A DNA stretch of 60,179 nt, counting the filler, from Jimgerdemannia flammicorona (Eukaryota): the NCBI GenBank assembly GCA_003990765.1. It is 3 parts of 3 records of this genome, joined end to end, with 100 filler letters (N's around TTAATTAATTAA, not from the genome) between each part and the next. Parts side by side here need not be neighbours in the genome. Positions count along the whole stretch, not along the records: positions 20,096 to 40,088 come from RBNJ01001784.1; positions 40,189 to 60,179 come from RBNJ01001785.1; 1 more part is not named here. One strand, given 5' to 3'. Shown piece after piece: positions 36,381-48,077 of the stretch. The position numbers were made by a program, and so were the translations under genes. Every line of letters begins with the position of its first letter. The stretch's first letter is position 1. The notes below the pieces were generated by a model. It saw only the letters and a program-made list of their open reading frames with translations, did no database searches and was not told the DNA's origin.

Positions 36381-38404
36381 CTACTGCTCTATGTTCATCT
36401 CCTCCTGTGCCAAGTCCAGATTATGTTCCACAGTCACCACCTCCTCTTCAGCCCTCTGAGCCTCTAGTCCAGCCAACAGCTCATTTATCTCCCCATCTGC
36501 CTTCTCCTCAAATTCCTCTCGGTATTTCAGACAGGTCTCCTGCCAGAGCTGCAATCCATGATGCTTGGTCCAGCAGTATTCAGCCCTCTCTCCCACAACT
36601 CCTGCCATCTCTGCCTCCCACTCCTTATCTACCTCATAGCCTTCCTCCTCCAGATATACTGCAAGAATTTCTGCCTTCAGTGCCATCACCACCCCCTCTC
36701 CCTGCAGGATCCTTGCCCAATGCTCATCACTCATTACCCTCAAATCTACCTCTCCCAGCTCCTCGGCCACCAGGTTATTCATCATCCTGCACATCCAAAG
36801 TAGGTTCTCCACCTTCTTTCCTCCAGGAGTCGCCGGCCTCCCACCATCCAGCATTGTGGTGTCAGCCCCAGCACTCGCAGCCTCATCCCACTCCTCTGGG
36901 ACGTCCACCAGTTCCTCCTCACTGACCACCCCCACTTGTCCCCCTTTTGCTACCTCCAGAACTCCAAATTACACTCTCTGGGCCCCCCACATTAGCACAT
37001 TCTCCACCACCCTGCTTCGGAAAGCTGGGCCCTGCCTGATAAGAGGAGTAGGGGTAGGGGAGTCCTCCCTTATCTCATTTCAAACCTCCAGCATACTATT
37101 TACATATGGGTCATTGCCAGTCACCTCCCTGTTCTTGCTGGTCCCCTTCCCAGCACTCCCACTACTCTTGCCTGCCCAGACACTCGCTTTGGCCCCCCCT
37201 GTGTCTACCATCCTGCTCATATCCTTCTGAGACCCACCCATCATCTTCACCAGCAGTTTCTTCTGTCTCTTACATCCCTGATCTTATTCCCACTGCTCCT
37301 TGCTCACTCGAATCCACCTCCCATCCACTACCTCCAAGTGTGTCACCTCCTCAAAGGCCCTCCAAGCCTTCATCCACTGCTCCACCACACTACTCAAATC
37401 TTCCAGTACTTCTAATAGGTCCTTTTCCTCCTCCTCACTCCCCTTCACCCTTGTCACCTTACATATATTCGCCCCCCAGACCATACTGGAAGGCCAGTCC
37501 CTTGCCTTCCTGGTGGCCTCTTTTCCTGTCAGCCGAATCCTTACATCCACATCCCCAGTTCTGAGCGAGGTCCTCTCCCAGACTCTGAATCCAATATCCA
37601 CCACCTCTCCATACTCCGCCATAACCTCCTCAACTCTCCTTCTTGTTTCCACCACCGTCACTGTGGGCACCCCTTTCACCAGCAATTGGACCACCCTGGG
37701 ATCCCATTTCAGACAGCATTCCATTGGAATACATACCTCCCCAACTACCAATTCAACCTTCAATGCTTCCTCCAAAGGCTCAGCCTCCTCAAAGCCCACC
37801 TCCACTCCCTCCAGTCCCTTCAAAAACTTTATAGATGCTACTCCAGCCACCTGCTTAGTAATCAGCCCCAGCACTATTTTCGCCATTACTGCTAGGCCTG
37901 GAAGTACAGTGTTACCACGAATGCCAAGATCGATTTCTTGAGTAATGGCACCACCACCAGGCCCATCACACCATCTGCCAAATCTCCTTGTCTCCCAAGC
38001 CCCAGTCACTCAGCCACACCATCTTCAGTCACATCTGGATTTTTTTCCAGATTAGCAGTCCCATCTCCATCAGCTGTCATGCTCCCCCCAGCCACTATGC
38101 CTCCAGCCCCACTGCCCCCTTTGCCAAGGGCTACTCCCCTCTGTACTGTCACCTTCTCCGTTTCCTTGCCTTTCCTCAACCAACTCTCCAGTCCTGATGT
38201 CTGCCTTCTCCCCTTCACTATCTCAGCAAAGCTTGCTCTCCCAGATCCCTGTCCTCCACTACTGCCTCCTCCCCTTCCACATCCACCTGTCAGCAGCCCT
38301 CTCATACCTCCCCCCAGACCAGGGCCTCTCCCCATATACTGCCAGTCAAACATGCTCAGGCCATCCTGCCCAGTACATACCTCAGATTGCCTGTTAGTCA
38401 CCAT
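36381..38404 (-). pseudogene. LINE A ORF1
   Basis: RRM-like region (LLVKGVP...EYGEVVDI...RTGDVDVRI) and charged C-terminus upstream of ORF2. Confidence 0.7.
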
Positions 38405-38495
38405 GTTGCTAGTCTCTTTTCTCCAAAAATGATGTTGTAGTTGCCTTTCAAAAGTTGTGTAATCTGAGAGGTACCAGAGAGAGATAACTGTGAAA

Positions 38496-38900
38496 ATTTT
38501 CTATTATGTCTTTATTATAGTCTATTGATTGAGAATCTAGCTTATTGATGAGATATATATATATCATATAAAAGATTAAGAGTAGGATAGTTCTTAGCAA
38601 CAAAAGGCTTAGAAGCTATAAAGAATATCTATAGCTAATTATAATGAGTGATAATATCCTCTCAGTCTTCATCAGTTAGAGAATTCTCTTTCAAGACTAA
38701 TCTATACTCAGCTTTAGAAATGAGCATATCAAGAGCCTTATACTGTCCAAGTGTAATATCTATCATATAGTAGATAGAGGTCTAGTAGATAACTTTATCA
38801 ATGGTTAGACTATGGAACTTTATTTTAAATATTCACAAAGCTTCCAAAGCTTATCTATGAGCTTTAAACTTCTATATATTGTAGAAGTATATAGATGAAA
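38496..38900 (-). mobile_element. hAT transposase remnant (upstream continuation of 32040-32605)
   Basis: ENSLTDED*EDII...FIASKPFVAKNYPTLN, typical of the hAT middle region. Confidence 0.5.
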
Positions 38901-38908
38901 CTTATAGT

Positions 38909-40088
38909 AGCTTCTTTCTCTGCTATCTTACCAGTTATAAGATTTGGTAGGTAATCTTCCAAGTCTCCTTTCTCCTATTATAACCCCCTCTATCTTGAGT
39001 TGGTTTGCTATGCCTGTATGAGTATAGTGGGAGGAGGGCAATGATGATGAGTTGTCCTTTTGTTAGTGTCTGATTGGTGTCTTCTCCACTTTTTCATTGT
39101 CTCTGGTACCTTCAGCTGTATCTGAGATATATTTATTTTGGTACAGTACCTTCTTTCTTTTACCATTGCCAACAAGGTCTCATCTCAGTATATCATAGAT
39201 TATGTAGAGAGTTGGCTGATCTTGGGTGTCAAGTGTCTAGTATAGGTTATCTACAGGTCCTCAGTATCTATAGTGAGGCTCTCTGGCTTTGGTGAGCTTC
39301 TTAGTGAGTACAGTTCTGATATAGATGACTGTTTTTTGGGTGATGTCAGGATGGGAGAGGAGATGGCCATTATAGATAAGAGGAAGGGTATAATAGTGAA
39401 CTAGTAGGGTACCAGACTAGGGGTAGTCATTGGGGCTGGGGCAGGTACTGCTTCAGTGAGGCCTTTTGATTGGTACAGAGTAGTTAGATAGTAGGTATCA
39501 CTCTCAGCTTCTTTTGGTGATTTGTGGGGTTGGGCCCTGGTTATTAGAGGGAGTCAGGGGGCCCAAGACTACTCATTTCAGACATTTTGGCTATACTCAA
39601 CTAGAACTGAGAGCTGATATGGCAATATAATTGAGGCCCACAGACTTGAGTAGTGGGGTATTGGGGGTCTCCTCCTGCCTCATGTATAAGTTCTCTACTC
39701 ATCTCATCTAGGAGAACCAGGCCCTATCCACTATAATATACTTTGATGAGAGTTTTTTCTTTGCTTATCATCCTCTTTGGGGTGACAGAGGCTATTTTAT
39801 TCAGCTTGGGCATGACCTTGTACATATGTTGGGGTTTTGGGCATGTGCTTTCAGTCATTGGCATATGGCTGATTTCTCCCTGGTGGTAAGAAGAGCATAG
39901 TGTACAGAATGAGGTATGGGCCACTATAGGCTCTGCTGCATCTGGTATGGTTGAGCTGCTGAACAATAGCTAGTCTAAGATTAATAAGAGAGCAGTGCTT
40001 GATGAGTGGTGGGAGAGGGTTTTGGTCTATATAGTCTAGATTCTCTTCTAATAAAAATCCACAGGACTCTGAGTCTATAAAACAAAAA
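38909..40088 (+). repeat. Unclassified dispersed repeat, copy A
   Basis: 38909-39944 is a reverse-complement homolog of 48881-49920. Confidence 0.8.
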
Positions 40089-40188
40089 NNNNNNNNNNNN
40101 NNNNNNNNNNNNNNNNNNNNNNNNNNNNNNNNTTAATTAATTAANNNNNNNNNNNNNNNNNNNNNNNNNNNNNNNNNNNNNNNNNNNN
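40089..40188. other. Artificial contig linker
   Basis: N44-TTAATTAATTAA-N44. Confidence 0.95.
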
Positions 40189-40532
40189 CTCCAGAAGCCT
40201 AGCTAACTTCTGTCAGAACTGAGACCGGTATATAAATCCCCAAAGACTTAAGTAAACCCATTGAACCTGAATTCCAAGGCGAATTCAGTCTGTGCACAGC
40301 AAAGAACAAGACCCTCAAAATAGGGCACAAGAGAAAGACCTTTGTAACAGAAGGCAAACCAGAGAAAGACCTTTGAAAGATAAGGCACTGCCACTACAAA
40401 CTACTTTAAGCGAGTGCTTCCTCAAACTGAAGGCTTCTTGGTACACATTGTGTACTAAGTCTCTAAGTAATAGTCCACTTCCCTAATTATCCAAAGGATA
40501 AGAGAGAGATAGAAGTGAGAGTTATTACAACT

Positions 40533-40544
40533 TGGTAGCAGCGG
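40533..40544 (+). promoter_or_regulatory. Primer-binding site, initiator tRNA-Met type
   Basis: TGGTAGCAGCGG 3 nt after the LTR end; identical at 58046-58057. Confidence 0.85.
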
Positions 40545-40631
40545 ATTACCAGCCAAAAAGGCACCAAAGAACACACTCCTGAAAGTTGGAACAAGACCAA
40601 CCTTGGACAGGAGTAACCCCCAGAACCAACT

Positions 40632-43600
40632 GTGGATCCTCAAACCAGAGCCAGAGAAGCCCTTGCCATTAGGACCAGGTGGTTCCAGGAAACTACAGAC
40701 ACAGAGACCCGCCAGCTTGTAATTGACCAGGCTTACAGAGATCTATACCAGGTCTTTAGGACATACCACCCAGGACTTAGGAATATTGTTAGCCGCCGTA
40801 GATTCTACGAACTCCTCCGAGGACACATTGGAACCACTAGGACTCCAGAATCTACTGCTGTAGCCACCCAGGATTTTTTAGATTATATCTCACCCTCTGC
40901 TGCAAGAGAAGTAGCTACCGAGTGGATTACCTCTGACAGATATCATCATACACCTACCAAGACCTCCCTCTACTACAGGCTAGTTGTATACTATGCCTCT
41001 GCCATAACTAGGTACGAGAACAAGCAAGCAGGCCACCCATCCCCTACTGCTGAACAAGGAGCAGGCCCATCTACTCAGCCAGAGACTGATATCCTCTTTG
41101 AAGGATCTAGCCAGTACGAGGATGTACTATCTCATCAGAAAAGGGAGTCAGACGAAGACTCTACAGGTTACCAGTCTGACGATAGCCAACAAGGAACAGC
41201 AGGCCTAGGAATTTACCAAGGAACCACAGGTCAAGAAGATCAGACCCCAGAACCAACCCAGCCACCTACACAGAGGTTTGGTTTACCCTCCCTCACAGGA
41301 CTCTTTGATTTAATATCTGGGAACCAAGTAACCCCAAGCCATACAGCACTACAACCCCACTAAGCAGTACAATCTTCAGGAGAATCTACCCCAACAGGCC
41401 CACCACCACTAGTCAATACAATGGTAGATGTCAACATTGTAGCACTGACTACCCAGCTAGCAGCACTAGCAGGAATAGTAGGACAAATTGCTAAATAGAA
41501 TAAACCAACCAAGACCTTGCGAATCCCAACATTCAGTGGAAAAAACAGCGATATCGAAAACTTCATCAATACAGTTGACACAGGCTACCGAGCAAACCAA
41601 TGGAATGACAACCGAGTACCTATAGGAATGCTCACCAACAACCAGAACAGCACCCTCCAACAGCTGTTTGCCACATCAGCAGCACAAGTAGAAACAGTAG
41701 CCACATTCTTCACTGGAACAGCAGCCGAATTCTGGCAAACCTTGAAACAATACCTAGTAACCTGGGAAGCCCACCCTCAAGTCAATGGACAAGTACCTGG
41801 CAACAATAGACCAGGATGGGATGACTACGAAGCAGGCCCAGGATTCAAGGCCTTGCTACTGACCAAATTCCAAAATGCAGCCTACATACAAGAAACTTGG
41901 AACAAACTATCCCAGATGAAGTTTCACAAGAATGGCGAAGAGGATCTAGAGACCTTTGCCACCAGAATGGATGCATACCTCAAAATGATTGGACTTACCT
42001 ACCAGGAGAACAATTTGGCCATCAATGGTACCAGAGCCAACCATCTTTTTGCAGCCCTACCAGACTGGCTCACCCAGAAGATCAAGGAATAAGGTCTTCC
42101 CCAAGGATGCCCCCACTACTTATGGTGCTTTGCTCAAGTACAAAGAAGAGCCCATGAAATCCTTGCTGCATAAGCTCTACAAAATCAAGAATACAAGAAG
42201 GATAACCAAGATAGGAGAAATCCTACCAGGAGAAATAATCAAAGGAATGACCAAAGATATGATCAAAGATATGATCAAAGGAACCAGCGAAATCCCAGAG
42301 GACCCAGACCTCCCACCGAGGATGAGAAGAAGCAGCTCCATGAAAAAGGATTGTGCTTCATCTGCAAGAAGGCAGGACACATCTCAGTCAAATGCCCCGA
42401 GAAGAGAAACAGATCAGGCAAACCCAGTAACCAGAACATCACTGTCATTGGAGAAGGTCCAGGAAAGAAGAACCCCAAGAATGTCATCAAAGTACAGAAG
42501 ATATGGTACAAGGCTACCATCCCCACTAAGGCCCACCCAACTGATGCTGGATATGATCTCTACAGCAGCCAAGACCTCACCATCCCACCAAGCACCAATG
42601 CTACAGTGCAAACAGAGATTGCAATATAAGCTCCCAAAGGAACATACATCCGCCTTGCTGAGCGAAGTAGCCTAGCCAAAGAGTTCAACATTGGGCTAGG
42701 CAGAGGAGTAGTTGACCAAGGATTTACTGGTGAAATCCATGTCATCTTGCGAAATTTTGGAGACACCTCATTTGAAGTCAAAACAGGCCAAAGGATTGCC
42801 CAAGCAATCATTGAAGAAATCCGTCAAGATCTCACCATTGAAAAAGTCCCCAAACTCTCTCAGACAGACCATGGCAAGAAAGGGTTTGGATCTACCAACA
42901 AACCTCCCAGTCAAAAGGTCACTACCATGAAGGAAGATGATGAAAACTGGTACAAGAGAATTACAGATGGTTATGCACCATGTGGACGATGCCCTCATTC
43001 TATTCAAATATACTGCATGGAACATGTTGGTGAATGCCATGCATGCCTCTCCAAAGTTTTCAAAATTCAATCTGAGAAACGCCAAGCTCAACAGACTGAG
43101 GAACCCAAACAAGACAACCCTCCTTGTGAAGGATGGGGAGAAACTGACTTCGAGGAGACTGACAGCAATTGGGACAACAATGAGGATGAAGAGCTCAATA
43201 CCATGAAGAAGGAGGACAGTTGCATCAAGTTCACAGGCCAAGTCCACAGACAGAATGTCAATGTCTTGCTTGATAGTGGTGCTACTGGAAACTACATCAG
43301 CACCAAGACTGCCAAGAGGATTGGAGCCTGAAGCAGACCCACTACTGAGAAAAGAAGTGTTACCTTTGGTGATGGAAAAACTGCACCATTGACTAAGATC
43401 TGCGAAGACCTGTTGCTCAAGATTGGCAAATATCAAGAGAAGTTGGACTTCAGCATTGTAGACCTCCCAGGACAAAACATTATCTTAGGAAAAGCCTGGC
43501 TGACCCAGCACAACCCAGACATCAACTGGAGAACCAATGAGGTTAACTGACCTACGAAGGCAGAAAGATCACCCTGACACCCCAGGAAAGTACCAACCAC

Positions 43601-46600
43601 CAAGGAATCAAAATCATCTCTGCCATTCAACTGAAGAGACTCTCTCAAAAAAAGGGAAACACCTACTTCATCTGTATAGTACAAGAAGTCACTGAAGCTA
43701 CAAGCAGCCCAATTCCAACAGAAGCTCAAGAACTGTTCAAAGAATTCCAAGATGTATTTCAAGATCCTCAAGGACTTCCACCCAAGTGCCAAATCCAACA
43801 TGGAATTGATCTTATTCCAGGATCTGAACCCCCATACAAGAGTATCTACCAACTGGCCCAACCTGAGCTCAAGACCCTCAAGGATGACTTGACCAAACTA
43901 CTGGCCCAAGGATACATTGAACCCAGCCGCTCTCCATTTGGAGCCCCCATTCTATTTGTCAAGAAGAAGGATGGCTCTCTGCGAATGTGTATTGACTACA
44001 GAGCCCTCAACAAGATCACCATCAAGAACCAGTATGCCTTGCCCAGGATTGATGAGTTGCTACACCAAATCTTCAAGGTAAAGACCTTTTCTCTACTGGA
44101 TTTATGAAATGGCTACCACCAGATTCTCATTGACAAGAAGGACATCGAAAAGACAGCTTTCTGAACATGGTTTGGACACTACCAGTTCTGAGTCATGCCT
44201 TTTGGTTTGACCAATGCACCAGCAACATTCCAGTATCTGATGAATGACATCTTTGGACCACTCCTCAACATCTGTGTCCTTGTGTATATTGATGATATAC
44301 TAATCTACAGCGAGACAGTAGAACTACACTACACCCACCTTAGACAAGTACTGACTCTTCTGTGAGAACACCAGCTCTATGCTAAGATGAGCAAGTGTAA
44401 GTTCTACCAAGACCAGATTGAATACTTAGGACACATCATCTCTGCTGAAGGTATCAATGTGGACCCCTGAAAGGTATCAGCTCTCAAGAATATTCCTATT
44501 CCTACTACCCTCAAGCTACTCCAGTGCTTTCTGGATATTGCCAGTTATTACTGAAGGTTTATCCAAGGATACTCTGCTATTGCAGCCCTATTGACCAGCC
44601 TGGCCCGTAAAGGAGTGAACATCAAAGCTGAATAGACCCCCGAATGCACCCTGGCTATAGACCATCTCAAGAGACTCCTTACCGAGGCCCCAGTGCTAAT
44701 TGCACCTGATCCTACCAGACCATTCACTCTGACCACAGATGCCTATGACATTGCTATTGGAGTAGTGCTCAGCCAAGAAGACTGCTCAGTGGCCTACCTT
44801 TCACAGAAACTCAAGCCAGCTGAGACTTGGTATACCACCCATGAGAAAGAACTCCTGGCTATTGTCACTGCACTCCAGAAATGGCGCCATTTCCTCCTAG
44901 GACAGCCATTTGTGGCCTATACTGATCACCATGCACTACGGTATATTCACACACAGCCCATGCTGACCCACAGACAAGCCCACTGGATGGAAATCATTGC
45001 CAACTTTGATATAGAAATCAAGTATATCCCAGGCAAAACCAACTGTGTGGCTGATGGTTTCTCCAGATACATAGAAGATGAACTTGTCTTCGTGGTCAAA
45101 GTAATTGGAGACCTTACCCAAATGATCAAGGATGGCTACCAACAAGACAGCCCCCTGATGAATTTCCTTCAATTCTGCCAAGACCCAGAGGCTGAGATTC
45201 CAGAACCCATGAGGCAAATGGCCAAGAGATTCACCTACCATGATGGACTTATCTACAGGGACCATGACAGAGTAGTTGTACTCAACAATGATACTCTGCG
45301 ACTCAAGATCATGCAGGAACTCCATAATACTCCTGCAGCAGGACACTTTGGTTTCGAAAAGACCTACAACCTCCTCTTAAGAGAGTTCTACTGGCCAAAG
45401 ATGACCAAGGATATCAAAGACTTTGTGGTCTCATGCGAGATGTGCCAAAGGTTCAAAAGTGGTAACAAGCTACCAGCAGGACTCCTGCAATCCTTACCTA
45501 TCCTGAGTCACAATTGGGACCAGATTGCGATGGACTTCATTGTTCAACTCCCCAAGACCAAGGCAGGATGGGATGCCATCGTGGTATTTGTGGACCGCCT
45601 AAGTAAATAAGCCCATTTTGCACCCACCAAGACCACTGCTACAGCACCAGAGATTGCTGAGATCTTTCTCAACCAAGTATTCAGACTACATGGCATGCCT
45701 AGCACCATTGTATCTGACCGAGATGCCAAGTTCACGAGCAATTTCTGGAAGGCATTTTTCTCCCTCCATGGAACCAAGCTGAAGTTCTCTACTGCCTACC
45801 ACCCTCAGACTGATGGTCAAACTGAGCGACCCAACAGAACTATCAAACAGATGCTTAGCATCTTCTGCTGTTACAAGCAAAATGATTGGGACAAGTACCT
45901 AGCCCATGCTGAGTTTGCCTACAACAACAGTCAGCAAACCTCCATAAAGAAGACTCCATTCTTCCTGAACCATGGTCAACACCCAAGGACCCCAAGTACT
46001 ACCACAAAATCAGCAGTCCCAGCAGCCCAAGATCTGGCTGAGACCATTTCTGACCTTATGCGAATGACAAGAGATGCTCTCATAGAAGCACAAGACTACC
46101 AGACCAAGTACGCGAACTTGAAGCAAAGAGAAGCCTCCTACAATATTAGTGACATGGTCATGCTTAGAACATACCACCTCCACCCAGACACTCTGGCACA
46201 ACAACCAGCCAAGAAACTCCGTGCTAGAAGAATTGGACCCTACAAGATTGTGGAAAAAATCAGCAAAGTCAACTACAAGTTGCAACTTCCCCACAATATC
46301 TGAGTACACCCAGTATTCCACATCAGCCAATTGGTGAACTACCATGAGAACCCATTCCCGAGCATACAGTTCCACCACCACCCCCAATTAGGATCAATGA
46401 TCATGAGGAATTCGAAATAGAGGAAATACTTGACCACAAGGTCTGGAAATATCCTAAAACAGTCAAGCACTTTTTCCTGATCAAGTGGAAGGGTTACCCC
46501 ACCCATGATGCTACCTGGGAAAAAGAAGAAGCCCTGAAGAATACATGCGAAGCCCTCCAGGACTACATGGAAACACTCACCCCCCAGCAAAGGAAGGAAC

Positions 46601-46611
46601 TACAGCTCTAA
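40632..46611 (+). pseudogene. Element 2 gag-dut-pro-pol polyprotein (stops and frameshifts)
   Basis: CFICKKAGHISVKC knuckle; dUTPase AGYDL/ERSSLA/GVVDQGFTGEI/IAQAI/KGFGST (~42490-42900); [19 protein letters not shown] and IAMDFI integrase; GPY; chromodomain FEIEEILDHK..FLIKWKGY..TWE (~46410-46570). Confidence 0.93.
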
Positions 46612-47184
46612 GTATATGAGTACACAGTGAGTAGAAGGATACCACATATTTTTATCTGGAAACATATAATACCAAACATCGCGAAAAAAGGAACACTATG
46701 GATAACCAACAAGAAGATACCTGAGCCAAAGAACAATCTAGTACAGTACAGCAAAATACATTTGAACAACTCCATTTCACGCCATCTGTGTCATCTCTGC
46801 TGGATGATGATGGACGCTTCATGTGAAACTTAGGAAAGCCGACAATGTCGAAACCAGTCTAAGTCCATCCATGTGACAGATATTGTTACTAGGAATTGCC
46901 TCGGATTACAAGAAAAGTCTATTTCCGAGAGGTTTGAACCCCCAGCCGCGACAATGGGAGCCCTCACCCTAGACAAGGATGGTCAGTCCTTGCAAATGCG
47001 CCAACCAGACAAAAAAAAAGTCGACCAAGACCTGTTAACCCTGTGTAACCACAACTACGAGTGATGAGAGCTTTGAAATCCGAATTTTCTCATGTGACCA
47101 GCACATGTTCTGCTTATGGCACAGGTCATGCATTTTGCCAAAAAAGTGTGACCAAGGGAAGGTCACATCAGATGGGTGAATAAG

Positions 47185-47192
47185 TATAAATA
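47185..47192 (+). promoter_or_regulatory. Putative TATA box of an internal ORF3 promoter
   Basis: TATAAATA (same as LTR TATA ~48400) starting 72 nt before ATG 47257, preceded by several CATGTGA(C)/GTGAC motifs. Confidence 0.5.
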
Positions 47193-47256
47193 CTCAAGGC
47201 AAGAATACCTCGCAACTCTCATCCCCCTTCCCTCACAAAGAAAAGACAAGACAAGA

Positions 47257-48066
47257 ATGCCTGCCACCCACTGCCAAACTGCCCACCATAGCCAGCCCCT
47301 CCCAAGCCAGGTTGACCGCCTCTTTGGACACATCCAGGTTGCTATCCAAGGAAGGAACCGCCGCTCAGAGGCCCTTAACCTCTCCAGCCCAGACCTAGGA
47401 CCGTATGTTCTTGACTGCCGTGAACTTATCGAAAGGGCCTACCTTGCTACCAGCCACCTAGAAATCTGGCATGAATACGAAATTGGTCACCAGCTTCTCC
47501 AACATACAAATGGCCTATCCATGGACCAGGTCTCTGACTGGACTCACTTAGACAGGCACGAGCAAAGACTTGCTAAGAAGGTCCATCAAATCATGTGCCA
47601 TGCACCCTTCGCAATCCCCAACCTCAACTACATACAACTAAAGGACTTCCAGAATCTCTCTTTCCCTGAGGTTGATGCCCTAGAAGTCAAGGTCGCCCAA
47701 GAAGCCAACTCCTGGATTACCCTCAAGTCTACTGACTGCAAACCCTACTGGAGCTCCCTCCTGAATGACAACCCTGACCAATGGCTCCAAGGTCTCTCTG
47801 ACCTCTTTGAAGGACCACCTATCCGAATGGATATTCCCAGGCATGAAGATCAAGAGCCCTACTTGGATGGCCCCAATCGCATCAGATGGAGAACCCCTAC
47901 ACCAGCACCTATTCCAATGCAAGAACCATTTGCAGACCTCATTGACTTCTCCATCCTGGACAGCGAGCCATCTGCAACCACCACCCCCTCTGCCTCTAAG
48001 GAAGATTCTCCACCTTTCTCTCCCCTGGTTCTCAATTTCTCAATCAATGAGGACGTTGATTTCTAA
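47257..48066 (+). CDS. Intact accessory ORF3 of element 2 (269 aa, unknown function, not env-like)
   Basis: Stop-free ORF between chromodomain and PPT with its stop abutting the PPT; no signal peptide or TM segment evident; homologous remnant in element 1. Confidence 0.75.
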   Translation: MPATHCQTAHHSQPLPSQVDRLFGHIQVAIQGRNRRSEALNLSSPDLGPYVLDCRELIERAYLATSHLEIWHEYEIGHQLLQHTNGLSMDQVSDWTHLDRHEQRLAKKVHQIMCHAPFAIPNLNYIQLKDFQNLSFPEVDALEVKVAQEANSWITLKSTDCKPYWSSLLNDNPDQWLQGLSDLFEGPPIRMDIPRHEDQEPYLDGPNRIRWRTPTPAPIPMQEPFADLIDFSILDSEPSATTTPSASKEDSPPFSPLVLNFSINEDVDF

Positions 48067-48077
48067 GGAGGGAAGGA

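Larger units (their letters stand above)
32606..38483 (-). mobile_element. Full-length degenerate L1/Tx1-like LINE (LINE A)
   Basis: Poly(A) tail (T run 32607-32631), 12-bp TSD ATAACTGTGAAA (32594-32605 / 38484-38495), ORF1 and ORF2 remnants. Confidence 0.93.

Noticed and set aside
43540..43660. Programmed frameshift between protease and RT in element 2
   Set aside because: The frame change maps to an apparent 1-bp deletion near 43546 in the protease C-terminal region, consistent with decay rather than a slippery site
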